64,000 nucleotides of DNA. Origin: Paragordius varius. Taxonomy: Eukaryota; Animalia; Nematomorpha. Below the pieces are notes generated by a model. It was not told the DNA's origin, searched no databases, and saw nothing but the letters and a program-made list of their open reading frames with translations. The position numbers were made by a program, and so were the translations under genes. Shown here one piece after another: positions 10,730 to 22,658 of the stretch. Position 1 is the first letter of the stretch. The number at the start of each line of letters is the position of its first letter. The stretch covers positions 2,976,001 through 3,040,000 of the forward strand of contig OZ176058.1 of NCBI GenBank assembly GCA_964247055.1, in the 5' to 3' direction.

Positions 10730-11988
10730 TATACCATTTCCCAGCCTAAATAAACGTTTTCCCAGTCAATCGAAATATTTTCCCAATCAATCGCAACGTT
10801 TTCCCAATCAATAAAAACATTTTCCCAATCAATAAAAACGTTTTCCCTGTCAATAAAAACGGTTGTATTTTTGATTATCAATATCAAAACAAGACATAAA
10901 AATAACTTTTAACCATTATCAGCGCAATATTAGGATATTATTTTTTATAAAAACACAATTATTGAATGACAATTTTCCAAGTATATTCCAGTGTAGTATC
11001 ATTAATGACTTAATCTTTAAAATTTATATTTTTGGAATTTGAGATGTTTTTAAGATAATATTTTTTATTTATTTTATGGTTGGCATTAATATTGCCGAAC
11101 GCTTATCGGAAAAAATATCTAAACAAAAAATATTTTCGATAAAAATATTTTTGATTTAAAAAAATTTAATAAAAAGATATTTAAGAACAGGGGTGTCTAA
11201 CCAAATGGCTTTGCGGGCCGCATTACTCAAAAAGCACGGCGTTCCTCATTCGATATATTTCATAAATAATTTCTCGATTAGACATAAGACTGTAAAATAC
11301 AAAAATATAACAATTTTTTTTAATTTGTTACCAATTTAATAGACTCATTTATTATAATTGCGTAAGAAATATAATATTACTAATATTTTGTAATTTTTGC
11401 ATATGGATTTCTAAATTTTTAGCTCCACAAAGATACTCGGCAGGCCGCGTTGGGCACCCAATGAACCAAATGATAAATATTATAAAATTAGGGTTAAATT
11501 TATGTTTATGGTCCAATATGAAGTGTTAAATGACCTTTGAGATAAAAATGGTATATTATTTTTATTTATAATATTTCATCCGTAACTATAGATTATGTTA
11601 ATTAGCCGCAAATAATGCGAACCATCAATAAAATAAAAAATATTATCTTAAAAACATCTCAAATTCCAAAAATATAATTTTTAAAGAATAAGTCATTAAT
11701 GATACTACACTGGAATATACTTGGAAAATTGTCATTCAATAATTGTGTTTTTATAAAAAATAATATCCTAATATTGCGCTGATGATGGTTAAAAGTTATT
11801 TTTATGTCTTGTTTTGATATTTATAATCAAAAATACAGCCGTTTTTACTGGAAAAACGTTTTTATTGATTGGGAAAATGTTTTTATTGCCTGGGAAAATG
11901 TTTCGATTGACTGGGAAAACGTTTCGATTGATTGGGAAAATATTTCGATTGACTGGGAAAACGTTTATTTAGACTGGGAAATGGTATA
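10730..11988. mobile_element. Foldback-like non-autonomous DNA transposon with about 365-bp inverted arms containing 21-bp tandem repeats
   Basis: Arms about 10730-11095 and 11615-11988 are near-perfect reverse complements; ends TA|TACCATTTCCCAG...CTGGGAAATGGTA|TA; about 6 units of GGGAAAA(C/T)GTTT(T/C)(T/G)ATTGA(C/T)T per arm. Confidence 0.85.
11188..11463 (+). mobile_element. Degenerate hAT-like MITE relic inside the foldback spacer
   Basis: CAGGGGTGTCTAAC...GCGGGCCGCAT at left and GGCCGCGTTGGGCACCCA at right resemble hAT/Charlie MITE ends; no TSD. Confidence 0.4.
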
Positions 11989-12189
11989 ATTATATAAATA
12001 TTTTTCGGTATTTTATTTTGATAAACGTTTTGTTTTTTTAAATTTCGTAACTATTAATAATTAACTAATAAATATTAGATGATTTCAGAACGAGCTTTTT
12101 AGAAATATATACACTTTCGATTTGTATTGCTAAATAATTATTTGAGTTTATAATTCAAAACAAATATTTATAATAATATAATGTCTCAG

Positions 12190-12600
12190 AACAATGGACA
12201 AATTGGGATTCTACCGTACTAAGCCGCTGGTACTTCACCTAAAATAAATTGTTTACGCATAAATCGTTGAAGCAAATTCAAAAAAAATTTAGGAGCCCGT
12301 AAAATAAAAATGATTATAGCTTGGTGCCATACACAGGTCAAGAGGGTAATTATGCTTCATGGTCTTTGGATTGATATGTGATTAAAATGCCAACGTAGAA
12401 ATCGTATATAATCATTTATAGGACCATCCAATATTTAAAATTTTTTTACTTTTTGATGGAGCCGATTACCCAGCCATTTTCATCCTTTTAATCTTTTATT
12501 TAAAAATTAAATCACCCATTGTCCTCCAAATGCTTATATTTTTGATTTACTTGAACAAAATGGCCTCAGAAACACATAGCTCACAGCAACTTAAATACAA
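12190..12600 (+). pseudogene. Possible heavily decayed Tc1/mariner (IS630-like) transposase fragment
   Basis: Frame-hopping peptides LRTMDKLGF, KRVIMLHG, LFDGADYP and HCPPNAYIFDLLEQ loosely resemble L..LGF, RLIILHAG, VMDNA.YH and LPPYSP.LNPIE; many stops. Confidence 0.3.
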
Positions 12601-12616
12601 ATATTGGTGAATAGAA

Positions 12617-13172
12617 TTAACACTTCGATTCAAATTGGGGTATTTAAATACCCCAAACTATTGAACTAGGAATTTTAGAAAACTACTGAAGGAAACGGTC
12701 ACAATTTAAATTTATGCTTCTATCCTAATAAAAATTATATAAATATGCCAAAATATCTAAAAATTTTGTTTTTAAAAAAAAGTTCCATGTCAAACTACTT
12801 CGACGCTATTTTAATTTTACAAAATTTTTGCAAAAATCGTCTTCATTTAATTTTAAGGGTAAAATTAAAGCTATTACATCTAACATTGATAGAAATAGAA
12901 AAAGCGGTTTATTTTGTACACTTTTCAATTTTATCATTGCACACATGTCACCTTTAATTTTTACGTTTCGGTTTTAGCTTAAAATAAGTAATATCAAGTA
13001 TTTTTGAATAAATTTTTTTATATATTTCGGTTTATTAATGTTAGATCAAAATTTTGTCATGGTTTCGATTCTCCATATTTTTTAAAGAATTTAATTTAAA
13101 CAGGCCTGGGGTATTTAAGTACCCCAATTTGAATCGAAGGACTAAAATATATATGTTGTATCCAAGTGTTAA
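12617..13172 (+). mobile_element. piggyBac-type MITE M1, complete
   Basis: TTAA|CACTTCGATTCAAATTGGGGTA ... TACCCCAATTTGAATCGAAG-spacer-TATCCAAGTG|TTAA. Confidence 0.85.
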
Positions 13173-13259
13173 TTAAATCCCTCTTAGCTTGAAAACAGAA
13201 CATTTAAAATAATTTTGGCGTTGCAGCAAATTTTTGGAAAGCGTGTAGTCCATGTATAT

Positions 13260-13846
13260 TTAACACTTCGATTCAAATTGGGGTATCTAAATACCCCAGA
13301 CTAAGTTTAAATTTAATTTTTAAGGAACTATAGAAGAAAACGGTCCCAATTTAAATTTATGCTTCTATCCTGATAAATATTATATAAAAATGCCAAAATA
13401 TCTTGATAAAATTTTGTTTTGAAAAAAAATTTCCAACTCAAACTACTTCGACGCCATTTTTATTTTACAAAAATTTTGCAAAATATCGTCTTCATTTAAT
13501 TTTAAGGGTAAAACTAAAGCTTATTTTTTCTATATATTACATCTAACATTGATAAAAATAGAAAAAGCGGTTTATTTTGTATTATTTTTTTATTTTACAA
13601 TTTGACACATGTCACGTTGACTAAATTTTTACCTTTCAGTTTTAGCTCAAAATAAGTAATATCAAGTTTTTTTAAATAAATTTTTTTATATTTCGGTTTA
13701 TTAATGTTATATAAGTGCAAAATTTTGCCATGGTTTTAATTGCTTCCATACCTTTTAAGGTAATTGATTTTAAACAGGCCTGGGGTATCCAACTACCCCA
13801 ATTTGAATCGAAGGACTAAAATGAGTGTGTTGTATCCAAGTGTTAA
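13260..13846 (+). mobile_element. piggyBac-type MITE M1, complete
   Basis: Same termini and TTAA flanks as 12617-13172. Confidence 0.88.
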
Positions 13847-13859
13847 AAGTGGTATTTTT

Positions 13860-14115
13860 TTATGAGCAAAAAGGGTGACTGACCCATTTTTTAGAATTTG
13901 CCGCTCAGTCCAGCCCCATCCGTGTAAAAATGGGTTTTTTTCAAACATGTTTGGAAGCACGTTCCCGAAAACCGGCGCAGTCAGTTTCAACAATAATTTT
14001 ATATATTGTTTAGCAAATGCGCCAAAGTAGACTAAGCCTTTTTTTTAAATAGCCCCTCAGTTTCGCCCCGCCCATTAAAAATGGTTTATTTGAACAATTT
14101 ATGGCCTAAGATCAA
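13860..14115 (+). mobile_element. Decayed fragment of the Helitron family H
   Basis: CCCCATCCGTGTAAAAATGGGTTTT and TTTTTTAAATAGCCCCTCAGTTTCGCCCCGCCC resemble 61895-61945. Confidence 0.4.
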
Positions 14116-14118
14116 GAT

Positions 14119-14213
14119 TTAACACTTAGATTCAAATTGGGTCTCTAAATACCCCAGACTAAATTTAAATTAGAATTTTAAAAAACTACTGAAAGGAACG
14201 GTCCCAATTCCAA
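14119..14213 (+). mobile_element. M1 left-end fragment
   Basis: TTAACACTTAGATTCAAATTGGG...GGTCCCAATT, interrupted by the next copy. Confidence 0.75.
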
Positions 14214-15367
14214 TTAACACTTGGATGCAACAACTTATTTTAGTCCTTCGATTCAAATTGGGGTAGTTGGATACCCCAGGCCTGTTTAAAATAAAATACT
14301 TTAAAAAATATGGAAGGAATCAAAACCATCCCAAAATTTTGCACTTATATAACATTAAGAAACCGAAATATATAAAAAGTTTTCAAAAAACTTGATATTA
14401 CCTTTTTTAAGCTAAAACCGAAAGGTATAAATTTAGTCGACGTAACATCTGTTTAATGGCAAAATTGAAGAATAATACAAAATAAATCGCTTTTTCTATT
14501 TCTATCAATGTTAAATGTGATTTAAATAAAAATTAGCTTTAATTTTACCCTTAACACTTGGATACAACACATTCATTTTAGTCCTTCGATTCAAATTGGG
14601 GTAGTTGGATACCCCAGGCCTGTTTAAAATTAAATTCTTCAAAAAATATAGAAGGAATCGAAACCATGGCAAAATTTTGCACTTATCTAACATTAATAAA
14701 CCGAAATATATAAAAAATTTTATTCAAAAATACTTGATATTACTTATTTTAAGCTAAAACCGAAAGCTAAAAATTTCGTCAACGTGACATATGTCAAATT
14801 GTAAAATTCAAAAATTATACAAACTAAACCGCTTTTTCTATTTCTTTCAATGTTAGATGTAATTTATATAAAAAATAGCTTTAGTTTTACCCTTAAAATT
14901 AAAAAAAGACGCTATTTTGCAAAAATTTTGTAAAATAAAAATGGCGTCGAAGTAGTTTGAGATGGGGCTTTTTTTTCAAAACAAAATTTTATTAAGATAT
15001 TTTGGCATATTTATATAATATTTATCAGGATAGAAGCATAAATTTAAATTGGGACCGTTTCCTTCAGTAGTTTTTGAAAAATATTAATTTTAATTTAGTC
15101 TGGGGTATTTAGATACCCCAATTTGAATCGAAGTGTTAAAACTAAAAAAAGACGACATTTTTCATATATTTTGTAAAAAAAAATGGCGTCGAAGTAGTTT
15201 GACATGGAACTTTTTTTTCAAAACAAAATTATTTTTAGATATTTTGGCATATTTATATAATTTTTATTAGGATAGAAGCATAAATTTAAACTTCAATAGT
15301 TTTTTTAAAAAGATTAATTTAAATTTAGTCTGGGGTATTTAGATACCCCAATTTGAATCGAAGTGTT
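14214..15367 (-). mobile_element. M1 copy interrupted by another M1 copy
   Basis: 14214-14550 and 15140-15367 together form one element, split at its internal TTAA. Confidence 0.82.
14551..15139 (-). mobile_element. M1 complete copy nested in M1
   Basis: Both termini present; TTAA duplicated at 14551-14554 and 15136-15139. Confidence 0.88.
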
Positions 15368-18300
15368 TTCTTATCTATTTATCTTCAAAGTTTATTCTAT
15401 CTTTTATCACTTATCCTATACTTTAAATTTTGTTATAACATACCTATTCCCATTTTTTTTTTGGACGTAGGACTTACCGTTGGCCTTTTCCTATAATTTG
15501 CCTATTAATATTCTCTTAAATATATAGATCGTATTCTTGGATAAGTATTGTAGCACTATTTATTTTTATTTTTTACTATGACACATAAAATAACCCTTGA
15601 TTTATATTGTTTTATACATAATTTTTGCTTTAATTTTTTTTTTATTGCGAAATATAATTTCCGTTTATACCTATAGCCTAGGTTTTTTTTAACATCTATC
15701 AATTTGTCATAATTAGTTCGACACTTCAATTTTATTATTTTATTTTGTTTGTTTAAAGCTGTCAAATGAATATTGATGTGTATAGTAATAACCGGTCAGG
15801 CCTGGCCAGCCGCGGTTTTGGTGTTGTGGCCAATAACACAAAGAGAATGAAAAGGAATACGAGATGCCTGTATTTTGCTAGTTTAAATGTTGGTTCATTG
15901 AAAAGTAAGTTAAATGATATTGTGAGAATAATGAAAGTTAAACATATTGATATTTTGGCATTACAAGAGACTCGTTACCGCGGAAACGGAGCAAGGACTT
16001 TGGAAGAGAATTATCGACTATATTACTCAGGTGAAAGTGGCGGACGAAATGGAGTGGCAATTATCATTAATCCCAAATTGTCCAATCAGGTTAAAGAGGT
16101 TAGAGGCTATAACAGCCGAATCATGAATTTAGATATTTTGGTAGGTAACGAGGTCATAACGGTATTTAGTATATATGCCCCGCAAATAGGTTTACCCAAA
16201 CAAGAAAAGGAGCAATTTTACGAGACTTTAGATGAAAAAATAGTCGCTCTCCCTCAGCTCAGAGTCAAGTTTTTATGTGGGGATTTTAATGGTCATCTTG
16301 GTTCAAAAAGGGAATCTTTTGAAATATGGCACGGGGGACATTCTTATGGAGAAAGAAACGAGGAAGGAATTAATTTGCTCAGATTTGCACAATCTCACAA
16401 TTTGGCGATAGCGAACACGTTTTTCGAAAAAAGAGAGAGTCATCTAGTAACTTTTAAGAGCGGCATAAACAAATCTCAAATAGATTTTATACTTGTTCCA
16501 AGAGATTTATTGAAGCTTGTGATAGATTGTAAGGTCGTGCCAAACTTAGAGGTTAGTTCGCAACATAATTTACTTATTTGTAAATTTTTCGTGAAAGAAA
16601 AGTCTAAACAAAGTGGTTCTTATTCAAAGAGATTAAAAGTATTAAGTGGGAGAAATTATCCGAAAAAAGGCAGGCTTTTATAAAAGAAATACGGTTATCC
16701 GAGGATGGAGGGTTAAATGGTGATTGGGATAAAGTAAGTCAGTTAATCAAAAAGGCAGGAACTCTAGTTTGTGGATTAAAAGGCGGAAAATCTCAAGTAT
16801 ACAGAGAGGCTTGGCTTTACGATGAAAGAATAATATTGATGTCACGAGAAAAAGGTAAGGCTTTTGACAAATGGAGACATACAAGGAATGATGATGATAG
16901 AGATAAGTATAAAAGTTTAAATAAGGAATTGAAAAAATTAGTCGGTCAGGTTAAGAAAGAAAAAATGAATTTATTTTATGATGAGTTAAATAGTAAGCAA
17001 GGTTTAAACAAAGTGTATAAAGTTGCGCAGCAAAGGAATAAACGCAGGATGGATTTGCCACGTTATGCGACTGCAATAAAAGGAAAAGATGGAAGCTTGC
17101 TGTGCGAAAATGTAGAAATATTAAAAAGATGGAAAGAGTACTTTGTGAGTTTAGATGAAGGGGTAGGCGAGATATTTTTGCCAAATACAGTTGAAGCAAC
17201 TGATAGACCAATAGAAGCAATTACACAAAAGGAAGTAGAATCTAATTTGTTAGAAATGCCAAACAACAAAGCTGTAGGATCGGACGACATAAATATAAAT
17301 TGTTGGAAAGTGCTTGGAAATTCTGGATTAAATTTTTTGGAGCGTGTATTTAATAAAGTTGTTTCAACGTATGAAATCCCGGTTGAATGGAAGGAAAGTT
17401 TAACTGTGCCTTTATTTAAAGGAAAAGGTGATATAAATGAATGTAGTAACTATAGAGGGATAAAACTTATGTCGCACACTATGAAATTGTTTGAAAAAAT
17501 AATTGAAAAGCGAATCAGGAAAATGATATCTATAGAAGGAAATCAATTTGGTTTCATGCCAGGAAAGTCAACAGTAGATCCTATACATGCGGTTAGGAGG
17601 ATTGAAAAACACATTGAAAAAAAGAAAGAATTACACGGGGTTTTGATTGATATAGAGAAGGCGTTTGACAGGATTCCTAGAGAAACTATTTGGTGGAGTC
17701 TCCGTCGTAAAAAGGTGCCAGAAAGTTATATTAAGTTGTTACAAATAATGTACGAATCACACACCTCCAGGATTAAAACTCCACAAGGTTTATCAGAGCC
17801 CTTTTCAATAAAGCATGGAGTCTACCAAGGCTCATCACTCAGCCCCTTATTGTTTATAATTTGTATGGACGAGGTAGCCAAGGTTGTTAATGTGAGTTCA
17901 GGATGGTACTTAATGTATGCAGATGACATAATCATCTTGTCTGATTCATTAATTGAGTTAAAGCGAACGGTAAACAGATGGGTTGTTATGCTGGATCAAT
18001 ATGGTCTGAAAGTAAACAAAGCAAAAACCGAATTTATTACTTTTGGGGGTCCACAACATGAAATGGTAGTTGATGATAGTTGGGTTCTGAAGGGTAAAGA
18101 AAGTTGCAAATATCTGGGAGCTATGTTAAGTGCAGATGGTTCGTTAACTGACGATATTAATTTAAGAATAAAGAGCAGCTGGGTAAATTGGAAGAAAATT
18201 TCGAGCGTATTATGCGATCGAAATATTGATGTTAGAGTGAAAGGTAAGATTTACAGTTCAGTTGTCCAGCCCTCAATGATGTATAATTCACAGACATGGG

Positions 18301-18706
18301 GTGTCAAAACATCCGAAGAAAGACAATTTAACGTGACTGAAATGAAAATGCTCAGAATGATGTGTGGGGTAACTAGAAAGGACAGAATCGAGATAGATTT
18401 ATTCGTGGGAGCACAGATATTAAACCAATAGTGGAAAGAATGTCAAAAAATAGGCTACGTTGGTTCGGGCACATTGAAAGGAGAGATTCTAATTATATTG
18501 CAAAAATAATAGATGGTTATATAGTTGAGGGAAAACGAGGACGTGGGCGGCCTAAAACAAAATGGATAGATACAGTAAAAAGAGAGCTAGCAGAATACGA
18601 GCTTAATGCAGAGGACGCCATAGATAGAGTTTTATGGCGAGACAGGTTGTATAACATGACCGCTCTCACGAGTGAAAACATGTAATGTAATAATAATAAT
18701 AATAAT
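15368..18706 (+). mobile_element. Near-intact RTE-clade non-LTR retrotransposon (APE endonuclease plus RT), two frameshifts
   Basis: ORF from 15766: ASLNVGSL, ILALQET, SIYAPQ, GDFNGH, SQIDFIL, SQHNLL (APE); YRGIKL, QFGFMPG, IDIEKAFD, YQGSSLSP, YADD (RT); RLRWFGHI...GRGRP C-terminus; frameshifts near 16635 and about 18400-18430; (TAA)n tail 18683-18706. 5' boundary approximate. Confidence 0.95.
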
Positions 18707-18803
18707 GCCAAAATATCTAAATAAAACTTTGATTTGAAAAAAGTCAAGCTACTTCGACGCCATTTTTTTACAAAATTTTTGCCAAATATGGTCTTCATTT
18801 AGT
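18705..18803 (+). mobile_element. M1 internal fragment ending at the internal TTAA
   Basis: ATGCCAAAATATCTAAAT...GTCTTCATTTAGT followed directly by a new M1 left end. Confidence 0.7.
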
Positions 18804-19380
18804 TTAACACTTCGATTCAAATTGGGGTATCTAAATACCCCAGATTAAATCTAAACTAAAATTTTTAAAAAACTACTGCAGAAAACGGTCTCAATTTATT
18901 ATGCTTCTATCCTGATAAATATTATATAAATAAGCCAAAATATCTTGATAAAATTTTGTTTTGAAGTTCCACCTCAAACTACTTCGACGCCATTTTTATT
19001 ATACAAAAACTTTGAAAAATATCGTTTTCATTTAATTTTAAGGGTAAAACTAAAGCTTCTTTTTTATATAAATTACATCTAACATTGATAGAAATAGAAA
19101 AGCGGTTTATTTTGTATTATTTTTTAATTTTACAATTTAACACATGTCACGTTGACTAAATTTTTTCCTTTCGGTTTCGGCACAAAATAATTAACCTCAG
19201 CTATTATTGAATAAATATTTTTATATATTTCGGTTTATGGATGTTATATAAGTGCAAAATTTTGCCATTTTCGATTCCTTCCATATTTTTAAAAGAATTT
19301 TATTTTAAAAGACCTGAAGTATTCAACTACCCCAATTCGAATTGAAGAACTAAAATGAATGTGTTGTATCCAAGTGTTAA
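18804..19380 (+). mobile_element. piggyBac-type MITE M1, complete
   Basis: Both termini with TTAA flanks. Confidence 0.87.
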
Positions 19381-19949
19381 AAAAGCAACTGGGTGCTGTG
19401 AATTTAAATAATTAAATTTTTTTAATTTTTAAAGAATGGCGCCCTTAATTCCGCCTGTTTTTACACTAATTTTCCCGTAAAAATACACTACATATTTTAC
19501 AATTGAAAATATTTTTTTTATTTAAATGCGTCCTAACTGAACCACAAATTTTCCTATAATTTAACCTCCAATTAAAAAGTAGAAATAAAAATAGCAATAA
19601 TTAAGCCTTTTCCCAAAAAAAAAATCAGACTATATTAACCAGACAATAATATAAATAAAAAAATAATAAGTTTTATTTGGAAAATTAGTTGTTAATTTAT
19701 AGCATCACCCTCAACCTACTATATAAAAAAAGCGTGTATAGCGTTTTTAAACACAGACCAATATGAATTCAATTATTAACCGCCAAAAATTATAACAGAG
19801 CGCAATTTTTATAGTGTTCTTGGGTTGACCCCTATGTGCATTTGCGAAATTCTAACTCTAATAAATATGTTTTTCCCACTGTAATTTGATTTATAATAAC
19901 TTCTTTAGAAAATGCCAAAAATATGAAAGGGCGGTAAAAGACGTCTTTT

Positions 19950-21100
19950 GTGAACAGTGGCAAAGCGGGTCTGCTATACACCGTTTTCTTGATACACCCG
20001 AATGATCATTGAATTAATAAATAAGGAGATAAAATAGACTATTTATGGGTTAACATGGGCTATTTCTGCCACCGATGGAAATAATCTCAAGTAAATTTAT
20101 TTATTTATTCTTTATAAATAAGTTTCCACATGTACATGGTGAAATCTAAAGAGCCTCCTTAACCGATAGACTTTAACGGTAACTCAGAGATTTATTCCAA
20201 AAAGTTGAATGCTCCACAGCTGTATAGGGAAACGGTACCTATGCCACGTTTCAATGAAAACTCTTTTGTTTTTTTTAAATTTATTTTATCATTATCTTAA
20301 ATATATATTAAATACTTTAAATGGTTGCTATTTTAATAGTGTATGGGAAAATAAAGGAAAAAAAATTCAACATTTTGTTGTTATACACTACTGTGTTGCA
20401 AAGTGGCCTACTCTAGTGTAAAATCAGAAACCATTAAAATGCAATTTGTAATATTTAATCATATTTTTGAAATAGATATTTATTGTCTGCAATAAAGTTA
20501 TTGTTTTTTCCTTAACGTTCCATGTATTTAAAACTAATATCACTTTGCAAATAGATAAATAACAAACCTTTTCTCCTTATGCGATCAAACAAATCGAACT
20601 ATCCTCCATAAAGCGCAGTTATGCCTGGTATTCATTCCTTTTTATCTAATAACACTAATTATAGGTACAAAAAAATATATTTGTAAAAAATTTGAAACAA
20701 AATAGTAGCCTATATGGCTTACTGTACTCTGGTAATTGGTTTACCGATTATGGTGAACCCATGTTATTGTCATTATCCACTAAATGTACCTATAAATAAA
20801 AACAAGCATTAAAACATTTAATGATTAACAAACCCTAACCCTTATCCATAACTTTTCAAAAATTAAAAGCGAAGAGTTTATCTACCACCATACCATCATA
20901 GAATATTGGAAAATGGTAATACTACCGCCATAGACCAATATATCAATAGTTTTTTCTGTAGAAAGAATTAAGCTAAGCGTATAGCAAAAAAGTACATAAG
21001 AGTATTTAAAATTGATCCAGTATAAATATTTTATAGAAATTTTACCATATAATAAATAGTTTACCGGATTGTTTGAACACATGTTAATATTGGCTCAATT
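19950..21100 (-). mobile_element. Possible very old Penelope-like RT relic
   Basis: Broken peptides MGSP (about 20755), LRFMEDSSI (about 20600, compare LRYVDD) and DFTLE (about 20420) fall in PLE RT order; many stops. Confidence 0.25.
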
Positions 21101-21673
21101 AATGTAGTTAAAATGAATTATTGAGTTTGTGTTATACATTATCTATTTTTTCGAAATTTACTTTCATTGTTAGATATTAAGCCTGATGTACATTCCTGAA
21201 CATTTTTTGATGAGCGATAAAATTACTTCCTATGAGGACATCGATTGGAGCTGAAATAATTACAAATAATGGTTTTACCTTTAGGGTTTAAGGCCACTAT
21301 AAAACTGGCTCTTTACTAACAAAAGGGGGTCATCACAGATTTTTACAAATATATTTGTTGGTGATGATACCGTTGAACTTCTATTGCAACAAATTTACCG
21401 CTTTTAAGCTGTTTATTTTATTGCAGATGTAGAGCCTAATTCATCCACACATTTATCTAAAACCCCAATTCTCTGCCATCTGATACGCACAATATTGTTT
21501 TTCATCCTAAAAATGCCTTACAGGGAACACGAGCGAAGATTTACTCTAATATTAAACATTTGGTAAGATCGGAAATCGTTTTATTATCTGTATCAAACTA
21601 TAATGATATTCGTATTCTAGCAAAGAATTTATTGTATTCAAGGCATTTTTTGTAAGTACAAAACTGTCAACGA

Positions 21674-22300
21674 CAGGGACGGGTGAACCCCGGCAAGCGG
21701 GTGGACAATTTAAAGGGCCCACAAAATCAAAAATGGCAAATTGACAAAATTACATCTAGAGCTGATATTGATTGAGAATGATAAAGGCATTATTTAATTT
21801 GCATTTGAATACATTCTTCTTGGTACATCCGCTATATCAAATTAGTCCGGTAATTATCTGCAAAATCACGTTTTTTGCAACATATCGTCTAAAAATAAAG
21901 GTTTTTTTAGTACAAAAAAACATAATACCGATCTTATTACTAGGGTGAAGATTATTGCCGAGCGCTTTTGTAAATACGCCTAAAGATAATGTAAAAACAT
22001 TATTTGTATCGTCATATTTTTATACTTTTTTTTATAAATGGGATAAACTTTATTAAGAGACAGTTTTGATTTGGCCAATAGGGTTTTATGGATACAATAT
22101 TTAAGCTTATACATTATTGCAAAAAATTTTCAAGAATAATTATCGATGAGAGTAAAGTTTTTATTTTATAGAAGAGAATGTTTGATAATGATTTAACTAT
22201 AATAAATTTTCGAACAGGCATATTTATTCACAAGATTTAGCCATGGGATATAAAATTATACCCATGTGTCATCGCGGTCAAAAAAGTAGGGCCACAAAAT
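21674..22300 (-). mobile_element. Possible hAT-like relic
   Basis: CAGGGACGGGTGAACC...GGGCCC terminus-like sequence at 21674; no coding motif reliably recoverable. Confidence 0.25.
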
Positions 22301-22511
22301 GTTAATTTAGCCTATATTAAACTAAAAAATAATAAAACACATAACTTAAAAAGCTACCCCGGAAATTTAAGAGTCAAAAATATTTTTAGTGCGATTGATA
22401 CATTATAATTACTAAATGTTACCTGTAACTTTTATGTGTTTAGCACATGTGGGTTTTTGTTTCACCTGAAGTGGTTGTAAATATTTAAATTATATCTTTT
22501 TCTTCCATTCA

Positions 22512-22658
22512 ATGAAAACTGACACATACGGTGTTTACAATGTAAAAGAGATTGAGAACTTACAAAACGATAGTTTAATATCCAAAAATTCTCAACAAAA
22601 TTTTGTGTGCTGTCGGATATTTTTTTTAGATGATACACAAGAGTCGTTTGAAATCACA
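22512..22658 (+). CDS. PTPN4: PTP exon 1
   Basis: MKTDTYGVYNVKE...VCCRIFFLDDTQESFEIT; gtatat donor. Confidence 0.82.

Noticed and set aside
10741-10860. Regularly spaced repeats as a CRISPR array
   Set aside because: The units are directly adjacent with no unique spacers, the context is eukaryotic and there are no cas genes.
11804-11989. ORF with repeated ENVxIDW heptads, suggesting a repeat protein
   Set aside because: It is the translation of the 21-bp subrepeats in the foldback arm; the mirror arm carries the same repeats.
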